Positions 1 through 7,704 of a stretch of DNA of 32,000 nt are shown piece by piece (positions within the stretch are counted from its first letter, which is position 1; every line of letters starts with the position of its first letter). The stretch is from assembly GCF_000186885.1 (NCBI RefSeq), contig NC_014972.1:1260001-1292000 (forward strand), in the 5' to 3' direction. Made by a program: the position numbers and the translations under genes. Source of the DNA: Desulfobulbus propionicus DSM 2032. Its GTDB lineage: Bacteria > Desulfobacterota > Desulfobulbia > Desulfobulbales > Desulfobulbaceae. The notes beneath the pieces are model-generated. The model had not been told where the DNA came from and searched no databases. It was given only the letters and a program-made list of their open reading frames with translations.

Positions 1-161
1 TGATGACCGGCTATTGCGGCCCGAAGGCCTTCGCCACCCTGGAGGCTGCCGAGATCAAGGTGGTCAGCGACGTGACCGGCAAGGTTCGCGATGCGGTGGC
101 CGATTTCAAGGCGGGCAAGATACTCTATTCGACGGCGGCCAACAAGGAGGCCCACTGGTAA
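1..161 (+). CDS. 3' end of a NifB/NifX-type (dinitrogenase iron-molybdenum cofactor biosynthesis domain) protein; 5' end lies outside the window
   Basis: Frame 3 reads MTGYCGPKAFATLEAAEIKVVSDVTGKVRDAVADFKAGKILYSTAANKEAHW, with TAA at 159-161. The pattern G.KA...L...I.V....G.V..A...F..GKL matches the C-terminal half of this small domain family. The piece is too short for the ORF track. The listed ORFs 14..244 and 91..426 are in other frames and look spurious. Confidence 0.5.
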   Translation, partial: MTGYCGPKAFATLEAAEIKVVSDVTGKVRDAVADFKAGKILYSTAANKEAHW

Positions 162-192
162 GGCGTACTGGAGCCAATCCGTCGATAAAACG

Positions 193-240
193 AAAGCCGG
201 ACAGCGGGGCGACATGTTCGCCTCCTGCCCGGCTTTTTTT
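193..240. terminator. Bidirectional rho-independent terminator between convergent genes
   Basis: AAAGCCGGaCAG (193-204) pairs with CTGcCCGGCTTT (225-236) at 11 of 12 positions. T7 follows on the + strand (234-240). An A-rich run (187-195) precedes it and supplies the U-tract on the - strand. The element lies between the stop at 161 (+) and the stop at 271 (-). Confidence 0.6.
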
Positions 241-270
241 GTAGATATACAACTTGAAAGTAAGTTGGAA

Positions 271-2268
271 TCAGATCTTGAAGGTGTTGACGATCCCCTG
301 GAGCTCGTTGGCCAGCTGCTGCAGGGTGTCGGCACTCGCCTTGACCTGCCGGCTGCTGCCGGTGATTTCGTTGGCCGCCTGGTTGACTCCGGCGATGTCC
401 TGGGTGATGGTGCCGGCCACGGCTGAACTCTGGCTGACATTTTCGTTGACCTCGGCCAGTCCCTGCGAGGCTTGGGCGATGTTGTCGGCGATCTCCCCGG
501 TGGCCGCCGACTGTTCACCCACCGCAGTGGAGATGGTGGCCACGATTTCGTTGATGCTGTTGATAATCTTGGTGATTTGGTTGATCTCCTCCACCGTCGA
601 CTGGGTGGTGCCCTGAACGCCGGCGATCTGGTTTTTGATATCCTGGGTGGCGGCGGCGGTCTGTTTGGCCAGTTCCTTGATTTCGTTGGCGACCACGGCA
701 AAGCCCTTGCCGGCCTCGCCGGCCCGGGCCGCCTCGATGGTGGCGTTGAGCGCCAGCAGGTTGGTCTGCTCGGAGATCTCGGTGATCGCCTCGGTGACCT
801 TGCCGATCGCCTGCGCCGCCTGACCCAGTTCTGCCATCTTGTTCGAGGTGCTGGCCGCCTGGTGCACTGCCTTTTCCGAGATCGAATGGGCCTGTTCGGC
901 GTTCTGGGCGATCTGGTTGATGGTCGCGGTCATCTGTTCGGCGGCGCTGGCCACCATGGTGGTGTTGGTGGTCGATTGCTCCATGGCCGCGGCCACGCCG
1001 TTGAGGTTGGCGCTCATCTCCTCGGCAGCGGTGGCCACGTTGTTGGCTCGACCCGAGGTATGTTCGGCATTCTTGGAAAGCGCGGCGGCAATCCCGGCCA
1101 GTTCGCCGACCGACAGATGCACCGACTGGGTGTTGCTGCTGATTCGGCCGATGATCTGTTGCAGTTTTTCGATGAAAACATTGAACCAGGTGGCCAATTC
1201 GCCGACCTCATCCTTGGAGGTGACAGCCAGGCGCATGGTCAGATCGCCCTCGCCCTGGGCGATGTCCTTGAGTCCCTCCACGGCCTTGTTGATCGGTTTG
1301 GTGATTGCCGTTGCCGCCAGAAAGATAAGGACGGCGGCCAGCAGCAAGGAAGTCATGGCGATCCACAGGATGGTCCGCTTCAGGGCATTGACGCTGGCGA
1401 GAAACTCATTCGATTCCTGCGTCGCCGCCACGCTCCAGCCGGTGGTGGCAATCGGCGCGTAACCGGCAATCTTGTCCAGTCCCTGGTAAACGTATTTCTC
1501 CACACCGGTCTTGCCCGCCATCATGGCGTTGGTGATGGTTTCCATGCCCTTGAGTGTCTTCAAATCGAGTTGAAGGACATTCTTCTCCACCACATGGGCA
1601 ATGATGATGCCGTCCTTGTTGATCATGAAGGCATAGCCGGTTTCGCTGATTTTGTTGTCCGTCACCAGGTGGGTCAGGGCAGAGGCCTTCATCGACATCC
1701 CGAATGCCCCGAGAAATTCGCCGGAATCCGAGAGAACAGGCGCGCAGGCGACACTGATGATTTCCCCGGTTTTTTGCGAACGCACCACATCGCCGAACAC
1801 GGGCTTGCCGCTTTGCTTCACCGTCTGGAAGTAGGGCCGCTCGGCGATGTTGGAGCCCTTGTACTCGCTGCCGTCGGCCAGTTCGCCGGTGTAAAGCGTG
1901 CCCTTGGCATCGGTGATAAAGATACCCAGGTAATTGTTCCCCAGGGTCTTGAACTTGGTCTTCATCAGCTGGCGGAGAACCTGAATGGACGAAGCGGCGC
2001 CGTCGATGCCTTTGGCCTTGACCTCTTCGCCCACGGCCTTGAAGGTGCTTTCCGTCGCGAAGGCCAGGGCGGTCTTGAGCTCTCCCAGCAAGGCCTTGTC
2101 GAGCTGAACGGCGATGCCCTTGGCCGTGGCCTCGGCGTTTTTCATGGCCAGGTCGGTCAGCGCCCGGGAGGAGTTGGTGATCGAGATGTAGCCGTTGACG
2201 ATCAACAGCACGAGGATGGCGAAACAGCCCCCGCTGACGAGTTTGAACCGGATCGAATGCAAATTCAT
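271..2268 (-). CDS. Methyl-accepting chemotaxis protein with a double-Cache-like periplasmic sensor, HAMP and MA signalling domain
   Basis: 665-aa ORF with ATG at 2268 preceded by AGGGAGGGGG. It has an N-terminal TM helix, a periplasmic region of about 290 aa with Cache-like motifs ([15 protein letters not shown]), a second TM helix and a HAMP domain. It carries the invariant MCP hairpin tip [35 protein letters not shown]. Confidence 0.9.
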   Translation of the reverse strand: MNLHSIRFKLVSGGCFAILVLLIVNGYISITNSSRALTDLAMKNAEATAKGIAVQLDKALLGELKTALAFATESTFKAVGEEVKAKGIDGAASSIQVLRQLMKTKFKTLGNNYLGIFITDAKGTLYTGELADGSEYKGSNIAERPYFQTVKQSGKPVFGDVVRSQKTGEIISVACAPVLSDSGEFLGAFGMSMKASALTHLVTDNKISETGYAFMINKDGIIIAHVVEKNVLQLDLKTLKGMETITNAMMAGKTGVEKYVYQGLDKIAGYAPIATTGWSVAATQESNEFLASVNALKRTILWIAMTSLLLAAVLIFLAATAITKPINKAVEGLKDIAQGEGDLTMRLAVTSKDEVGELATWFNVFIEKLQQIIGRISSNTQSVHLSVGELAGIAAALSKNAEHTSGRANNVATAAEEMSANLNGVAAAMEQSTTNTTMVASAAEQMTATINQIAQNAEQAHSISEKAVHQAASTSNKMAELGQAAQAIGKVTEAITEISEQTNLLALNATIEAARAGEAGKGFAVVANEIKELAKQTAAATQDIKNQIAGVQGTTQSTVEEINQITKIINSINEIVATISTAVGEQSAATGEIADNIAQASQGLAEVNENVSQSSAVAGTITQDIAGVNQAANEITGSSRQVKASADTLQQLANELQGIVNTFKI

Positions 2269-2381
2269 GTCCCCCTCCCTGTGGATTTTGGTGCGTCGAT
2301 GCGTGCTTTCAGGTGGGCGCCGCCACCTCGCACGATATCCCGTTTGGTCGAGGCGCTTGGCGCCACGCTTCTCCTGTTCGC

Positions 2382-2411
2382 ATGATAGGTGTTTCCAGGT
2401 GGGAAAGTCAA
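2382..2411 (-). promoter_or_regulatory. Candidate sigma70-type promoter for the MCP at 271..2268
   Basis: On the - strand: TTGACT (2411-2406), 18 nt spacer, TATCAT (2387-2382). It lies about 115 nt upstream of the ATG at 2268. Confidence 0.3.
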
Positions 2412-2429
2412 AAACTGGAGAGTAAAAAT

Positions 2430-2445
2430 TAGGTAAATTTACCTA
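2430..2445. promoter_or_regulatory. Perfect 16-bp AT-rich palindrome TAGGTAAATTTACCTA; candidate operator or activator site
   Basis: The sequence is exactly self-complementary. It sits about 20 bp upstream of the candidate -35 of the MCP promoter and about 80 bp downstream of the aroK stop. With no spacer or loop, it suits a dimeric DNA-binding protein better than an RNA hairpin. Confidence 0.35.
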
Positions 2446-2527
2446 GAGGGTCGCGGGGAGGACAGCAGGGATTACGGCACACACCCTTTTGCGCCGCTTG
2501 GGCTGGAGGGGAGGGCGATCGGCGTGA

Positions 2528-3046
2528 TCAGGTGCAAGACGTGTCTTGGCTGTGCACCTGGTCGGCAATGCGCCGGGCGACCTCTTCCTGGCCGATGCCG
2601 TCGCAGGCGATGGTGATTTCCGCGTAGCGTTTGTACAGCAGCTGACGCTCGTCGAACAGTTCCCGGAAGGTCTGATCCTTGGCCTTGGCGATGCCCCGGG
2701 TGGCGAAGTTGCGAATGCGGCGCTCGATTTCCGGGAAGGACACCTCAAGGAAGATGACGATCGACATCCGCTGCAAATGGGTCATGGCCCTGGCACTGTA
2801 GGCGGCGCTGCCGCCGGTGGCGATCACATGGTGGCTGATGTTGAGTTTGAGGATTTCCTCTTCCTCGATGGCCCGCAGGGTGAGGTGGTCGCTTTCGTCG
2901 AGAATCTGCTGCAGGGTTTTTTGCCGGTTGATCTGGATGAGCACATCGGTGTCGATGAAGCCCAGCCCCATGTTTTTGGCCAGAATGATGCCTACGGTGC
3001 TTTTACCCGCGCCGGGCATGCCGATTAGGGTCAGATTGGTTCTCAT
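2528..3046 (-). CDS. aroK: Shikimate kinase
   Basis: MRTNLTLIGMPGAGKSTVGIILAKNMGLGFIDTDVLIQ... has a Walker A motif followed by the FIDTD motif, and the ~172 aa length is typical of AroK/AroL. The ORF track begins 6 codons earlier at a TTG (3064). I prefer the ATG at 3046. Neither start has a good SD. Confidence 0.85.
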   Translation of the reverse strand: MRTNLTLIGMPGAGKSTVGIILAKNMGLGFIDTDVLIQINRQKTLQQILDESDHLTLRAIEEEEILKLNISHHVIATGGSAAYSARAMTHLQRMSIVIFLEVSFPEIERRIRNFATRGIAKAKDQTFRELFDERQLLYKRYAEITIACDGIGQEEVARRIADQVHSQDTSCT

Positions 3047-3242
3047 GGTGGAGGTTCCGCGCAAGAGGTGGCGATCCGGCGGGGATCGGGGAGCTGTTCT
3101 GTTGCCGACAGCCTAGCCCACCGGAAGATCGAGGGCAAGGGAGAATCGGGGGCGGGGCAAAAGGGGGGAAAAACTCACCCCGGAACCGCCGCAAGGAGAT
3201 CGGCAGCCCAGGGTGAGGTGGAGAGGCGGAGAAACGATGGGC

Positions 3243-3986
3243 TTACCAGGTGGTTTCGCCCTTGAGTTCGCCCCGGGTGGAGACCACCACGTGGCGGACG
3301 GGAAAATTGGGTTTGGCCGTATCCCAGGCCCTTTTGATGATATGCAGCATGGCGTGGCAGCAAGGCACCTCCATGATCAGGATGGTCAGCGAGTTCAGCT
3401 TGCGGGTGCGGAAGATCTCGGTGAAGCGGTCGACATAGAGTTGCTGGTCATCAAACTTGGGGCAGCCCATCATCACCACCCGACCGGCAAGGAAATCCTG
3501 CTGCAGGCCGGCATAGGCCACGGCGGTGCAGTCGGCGGCCACCAATAGGTCACAATTTTCGAGAAAGGGCGCGGTCGGCGGTATCAACCGGATCTGCACC
3601 GGCCAGTGCGACAGGGCCGACCCGGCTTGGCTGGTGGGCACGTTGGCCATTTGGCAGGGCGACACCGGCGCATGTGTCTGCAGCCGGGCCGAAGGACAGC
3701 CTGAACCGTGCGGGATCGCTGGCTTGGCCTCCTCTTGCCCTTTGCTGGCCAGGAACTGATGGACCGCCTCCTCGTCGAACTCATCGGCCTCGCGTTCGAT
3801 GATCTGCAAGGCACCGGTTGGGCAGGAGCCGAGGCAGGCGCCGAGGCCGTCGCACAGTTTGTCCGCCACCAGCCGGGCCTTGCCGTCAATGATCTGCAGG
3901 GAACCTTCGGCACAGTCGGGCACGCACTGGCCGCAGCCGTTGCACAATTCTTCGTCGATCTTAATGATTTTTCGCAATATTTTCAT
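3243..3986 (-). CDS. 4Fe-4S dicluster (ferredoxin-type) domain protein with a Cys-containing C-terminal domain of unknown function; last gene of the hcp operon
   Basis: The N-terminus has CNGCGQCVPDC and CDGLGACLGSCP, two ferredoxin-type cluster motifs. The C-terminal ~130 aa has further conserved Cys residues (MGCPKF, VPCCH). It starts 30 nt after the stop of the upstream gene on the same strand. Confidence 0.7.
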   Translation of the reverse strand: MKILRKIIKIDEELCNGCGQCVPDCAEGSLQIIDGKARLVADKLCDGLGACLGSCPTGALQIIEREADEFDEEAVHQFLASKGQEEAKPAIPHGSGCPSARLQTHAPVSPCQMANVPTSQAGSALSHWPVQIRLIPPTAPFLENCDLLVAADCTAVAYAGLQQDFLAGRVVMMGCPKFDDQQLYVDRFTEIFRTRKLNSLTILIMEVPCCHAMLHIIKRAWDTAKPNFPVRHVVVSTRGELKGETTW

Positions 3987-4016
3987 GGTCTTTTCTTTGT
4001 GTCCAGTGAGTGTCGA

Positions 4017-4649
4017 TTATTCGAGGACCGCCTTTTTCAAGGCCTCGATCCCGTAGCGTTCCATGAATCGGGCCGAACGGCTCTTGAACCGGGCCGCATG
4101 GAGATAGTAATTCAGTGTTCTGGTGACCAGGGTCACGGCTTCGTCATCGTTCAATCCCTCGGCAACCACATCGCCGATACGCGGGCGGCCGGCGGCGTTG
4201 CCGCCAAAGGTGAACCGCCACCCCTTGCTTTCACCGGTCAGGCCGACATCGCGCATCCACGATTCGCAGCAACAGAAGCGGCAGCCGGAAATCCCCACCT
4301 TGACCTTGGCCGGCAGGGGGCCGTCCAATTCGATCGCCTTGATCCGCTCGCCCAGGCTCAAGGCGTCCTGATGACCGTATTTGCACCAGGTGCGTCCCGG
4401 GCAGGCCTGGACGTAATGAATCCGATTGCGGGTGTGGGGCAGTGTCTCCGGGATACCCAGTTCCGCGCGCAGTCCCACCAGGGCTTCAGGCTCCATGCCG
4501 AGGAAGGCGATCCGCTGGGCGCCGGTGATCTTGGTCTGCGGAATCCGGTATTTCCGCGCCAGCGCGGCCAACTGTTCCAAATCTTCAGGGCTGAGCAGGC
4601 CAGCGTCAAAATGAGGCAGCACGAGATAGGTCTTGTGGTTGTCGTTCAT
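4017..4649 (-). CDS. Small nitrite/sulfite reductase-like protein (ferredoxin-like half domain plus siroheme/[4Fe-4S]-binding motif)
   Basis: 210 aa. CPGRTWCKYG (C-X5-C) and GISGCRFCCC (C-X3-C) form the Cys arrangement that binds the coupled siroheme-[4Fe-4S] centre in NirA/Sir-family enzymes. The RBS GAGAGGAAG precedes the ATG at 4649. The gene lies 70 nt downstream of hcp. Confidence 0.65.
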   Translation of the reverse strand: MNDNHKTYLVLPHFDAGLLSPEDLEQLAALARKYRIPQTKITGAQRIAFLGMEPEALVGLRAELGIPETLPHTRNRIHYVQACPGRTWCKYGHQDALSLGERIKAIELDGPLPAKVKVGISGCRFCCCESWMRDVGLTGESKGWRFTFGGNAAGRPRIGDVVAEGLNDDEAVTLVTRTLNYYLHAARFKSRSARFMERYGIEALKKAVLE

Positions 4650-4719
4650 GGTGTCTTCCTCTCACCCCCTGGCCCGGCATCACCGGCCAGGGGTATCCGC
4701 GTTGGGAGGAGGAACAAGA

Positions 4720-6348
4720 TCAGCCAAGGATGGTCTTGAGATCCGCCTCCGGGGTATCGATGGGTTTGATGTTGAAGGTATCCACCAGGAACTGGAGCAC
4801 GGCCGGGGTGATGAAGGCCGGCAGCGACGGTCCAAGGCGGATGTCTTTGACGCCAAGGTACAGCAGGGTGAGGAGAATGGCCACCGCCTTCTGCTCGTAC
4901 CAGGAGAGCACCATCGACAGCGGCAGGTCGTTGACGCCGCAGTCAAAGGCCTTGGCCAGGGCCACGGCGATCTGGATGGCCGAGTAGGCGTCGTTGCACT
5001 GGCCCACGTCCAAGAGGCGCGGGATGCCGCCGATGTCGCCCATCTGCTTGTCAAAGAAGCGGAACTTGCCGCAGGCGAGCGTCAGCACCACGCAGTCCTT
5101 GGGCACCTGCTCGACAAAGCGGGTGAAGTAGTCGCGGCCGGGCTTGGCGCCGTCGCAGCCGCCCACCAGGAAGAAGTGGCGGATGGCCTTGGATTTCACC
5201 GCCTCGATCACCTTGTCGGCCACACCGAGCACCGCGTTGCGGCCAAAACCGACCAGCACCTGGCCGTTGTCGACGTCATCGGTGAACCCCGGCATGGCCA
5301 GGGCCATGGCCACCACCGGCGAATAATCCTTGTCGCTGATGTGCTTGACGCCCGGCCAGCCGACCAGGCCGTTGGTGAACACCCGGTCCTTGTAGACCTC
5401 GCTCGGCTTCTGGATGCAGTTGGTGGTGAACAGGATCGGTCCCGGAAAGGTGGGGAACTCTTTTTGCTGATTCTGCCAGGCGGTGCCGAAGTGGCCGTAA
5501 AAATGGGGATATTTCTTCAGCTCCGGATAGCCGTGACAGGGCAGCATCTCGCCGTGGGTGTAGATGTCGATGCCCTTGCCCTCGGTCTGCTGCAACAGCA
5601 GTTCCAGGTCGTGGAGGTCGTGGCCGGTGATGAGGATGCACTTGTTCTTGCGATGGCCGAGCGGCACCGGGGTGGGCACCGGATGACCATAGGTGCCGGT
5701 GTTGCCGGCATCGAGCAGCTCCATGGCCTTGAGGTTGATCTCGCCGGCCTTCATGGCCACGGGCACGCACTGCTCGACGGTCAGTCCCTGGGCCAGGAGC
5801 GCGGTCAGGGCCTCGTAGCAGAAGGCGGCCACGGCCGGATCGGTTTGGCCGAGGATGGCGGCGTGATCGGCATAGGCGGCGATGCCCTTGAGGCCGTAGA
5901 GCAGGGTCTGCTTGAGCGAGCGGATGTTGACGTCGCTATCCAGGGATTCGATCAGATTCAGGGCCTTGCCCTGGGCGGCCAGTTCGGCGACCGTGCCGGC
6001 CGGGATGAAGGTGGCGGGTGCCTCGGTGAACTCGGTGGTGCCGCCGGCAATCCCCACCTTGGCCTTCATGGCCTCGCGCAGCTCGACCGCCCGCTGGATC
6101 AGGGCGACAAAGCGTTCCGGATCGAAATCGACGTTGGTCAGGGTGGAAAAGATGGCCTCAAAGGTAAACAGGTCGGTGGCCTGGTCGACAATGCCCAGTT
6201 TCCGTCCTTCGCGGGCATAGAGGGCCAGCCCCTGGAGGGCATGGATCAGCAGATCCTGTAGATCGGCAACCTCCTCGTTCTTGCCGCATACCCCGGCGAT
6301 GTTGCATCCGATCCCCTTGGCCGTCTGTTCACACTGGTTACAAAACAT
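4720..6348 (-). CDS. hcp: Hybrid cluster protein (hydroxylamine/NO reductase), class I
   Basis: MFCNQCEQTAKGIGCNIAGVCGK shows the N-terminal C-X2-C-X8-C-X5-C cluster motif seen in Desulfovibrio-type Hcp. At 542 aa it has Hcp-like sequence throughout. The ATG at 6348 is preceded by AGGAGA. The 79 extra codons in the track ORF (up to 6585) run into the divergent regulator gene and are rejected. Confidence 0.93.
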   Translation of the reverse strand: MFCNQCEQTAKGIGCNIAGVCGKNEEVADLQDLLIHALQGLALYAREGRKLGIVDQATDLFTFEAIFSTLTNVDFDPERFVALIQRAVELREAMKAKVGIAGGTTEFTEAPATFIPAGTVAELAAQGKALNLIESLDSDVNIRSLKQTLLYGLKGIAAYADHAAILGQTDPAVAAFCYEALTALLAQGLTVEQCVPVAMKAGEINLKAMELLDAGNTGTYGHPVPTPVPLGHRKNKCILITGHDLHDLELLLQQTEGKGIDIYTHGEMLPCHGYPELKKYPHFYGHFGTAWQNQQKEFPTFPGPILFTTNCIQKPSEVYKDRVFTNGLVGWPGVKHISDKDYSPVVAMALAMPGFTDDVDNGQVLVGFGRNAVLGVADKVIEAVKSKAIRHFFLVGGCDGAKPGRDYFTRFVEQVPKDCVVLTLACGKFRFFDKQMGDIGGIPRLLDVGQCNDAYSAIQIAVALAKAFDCGVNDLPLSMVLSWYEQKAVAILLTLLYLGVKDIRLGPSLPAFITPAVLQFLVDTFNIKPIDTPEADLKTILG

Positions 6349-6437
6349 GGCGTTTCTCCTGTATGGTTTTTTTATGTCGCGTTCGACGTTGTTCCTCAGT
6401 AGGATGCCTCCACTGTAGCCGATGGCCGCAATCGTTG

Positions 6438-6453
6438 TTTGACCTAGATCAAA
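6438..6453. promoter_or_regulatory. FNR/CRP-family (HcpR-type) box TTTGACCTAGATCAAA in the hcp / Crp-Fnr regulator divergent region
   Basis: A 16-bp palindrome with 7 of 8 symmetric pairs and a TTGAC-N4-ATCAA core. Its centre is about 97 bp upstream of the hcp ATG. A class-II position (-41.5) would place a -10-like TACAGT at 6417-6412 on the - strand. Confidence 0.6.
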
Positions 6454-6575
6454 AATAGATTTTTTTCGGATGATTGTTTGCACCATTCGGAAAGCGATGC
6501 CTGGGCCGTGATGGCGCGGCGTGTCCTGCACACTTGGACCGCCTCCTGCCCCCATTCTTTTGATAGTAGATTGAA

Positions 6576-7244
6576 ATGAGAGCAAAAAAAGACGAATTGC
6601 TTGCCCATAGCCTGCTGTTCAGCGGCCTGCCCCGTGAACAGGTGGAGAAGATTGCCGAGATCGCCGTGACCAAGCGCTACGGCAAGGGCGCCTCGATTTT
6701 TTTCGAGGGCGATCCAGGCATCGGATTTTTCATGGTGGCCAGCGGCAAGGTGAAAATTTTCAAAACCTCCTTCGACGGCAAGGAGCAGATCCTGCATATT
6801 TTCGGGCCAGGAGAACCCTTTGGCGAGGTTCCGGTGTTCCACGGCAACCCCTTCCCGGCCAATGCCGAGGCCCTGAGCGAATGCGAGGTGCTGTTTTTTC
6901 CCCGGGCCGAGTTTGTTGGTTTGATTACCGGCAACCCCTCGCTGGCCCTCAACATGCTGGCCGTGCTGGCCCTGCGGCTGCGCCGTTTCGCCACCCAGGT
7001 GGAGAATCTGTCACTCAAGGAGGTGCCTGGCCGGCTGGCCGCCTACCTCCAGTATCTGATGGAAGAGCAGCAACGCCAGGACCGGGTGGTGCTCGACATC
7101 CCCAAGGGGCAACTGGCCAGCCTGCTCGGCACCAGTTCGGAGACCCTGTCGCGTATTTTCAACAAGATGAGCGAGGAAGGACTGATTCGCGTCGAAGGCA
7201 AGACCATCTTCATCCTCGACAGCGAGCGGCTCAAGGAGCGGTGA
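6576..7244 (+). CDS. Crp/Fnr-family transcriptional regulator, HcpR-like by position
   Basis: 222 aa with a cNMP-binding-like beta-roll (FFEGDPGIGFFMVASGKVKIFK) and a C-terminal HTH (LASLLGTSSETLSRIFNKM). There is no N-terminal Cys cluster, so it is not a classical O2-sensing FNR. It is divergent from hcp, as described for HcpR. Confidence 0.85.
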   Translation: MRAKKDELLAHSLLFSGLPREQVEKIAEIAVTKRYGKGASIFFEGDPGIGFFMVASGKVKIFKTSFDGKEQILHIFGPGEPFGEVPVFHGNPFPANAEALSECEVLFFPRAEFVGLITGNPSLALNMLAVLALRLRRFATQVENLSLKEVPGRLAAYLQYLMEEQQRQDRVVLDIPKGQLASLLGTSSETLSRIFNKMSEEGLIRVEGKTIFILDSERLKER

Positions 7245-7704
7245 GGGCAGGGAGGTTACGCCCTTGCTGTTTTGCTTGCATCGTCTCTGCAACAGAGAAA
7301 AACTTCCTGATCGTTGCCGGCCGATTGCCTGTGTAGCGCTGTCGATGATTGCACTGGAAGCGCACAATACGGCTCCACCTCCCGGTCATTCTGTCCCGTT
7401 TGCGGAATTATTCGGCTCTTTTTGTCCCGTTCTCTGGTTTGCACTGAACAACACCGACTAACAGGACAAATTCCTCTGTTTGTTTCCTTCATTCCCCGTG
7501 GTTGTTCCTTTTCCCGCCCCATTGATCTGTTGACCTCTTCTGACGAGTCATTCGATAAAAAGATGATATTTGAGGAAGATGTGGATGTATTCTTCTTCGC
7601 CTCCCGTTGAGAAACATGTGTGGATCACGGCATGTCTATTGCTAGAAGGCATCATGGCAGTGTGTCAGCAGTTCCCCCCCCCAACACGAAGAAGGAGAGA
7701 AGCA

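Noticed and set aside
271-285. The shared C-terminal endings of the three MCPs (NTFKI, SRFKM, GVFKI), considered as a CheR/CheB tethering pentapeptide.
   Set aside because: These endings follow directly on the signalling-domain helix with no flexible linker, and they do not resemble the NWETF-type motif. An hydrophobic-F-K/R-hydrophobic ending is a common family feature of this MCP class.
6560-6575. TTGATAGTAGATTGAA just upstream of the Crp/Fnr gene start, considered as a second FNR box.
   Set aside because: Only the left half (TTGAT) matches. The right half is GATTG rather than ATCAA or GTCAA at N4 spacing, so it is not a palindrome.
6349-6585. N-terminal extensions in the ORF track for hcp (to 6585), aguA (to 16044), the barrel gene (from 7570), fsr (from 22856), the sCache_2 MCP (to 26710), the kinase (from 26847) and the cytolysin (from 8902).
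   Set aside because: Internal ATGs with good SD sequences coincide with the conserved family N-termini (MFCNQCEQT, MRKRLPAEWEP, signal peptide MKHGIL..., and so on). Several extensions begin at TTG and run into divergent genes or promoters.
7314-7610. A 98-aa ORF, considered as a small protein gene, in the long intergenic region upstream of the barrel gene.
   Set aside because: It has a TTG start with no SD and a Cys/Ser/Phe-rich odd composition. It overlaps the GC-poor non-coding-looking sequence.
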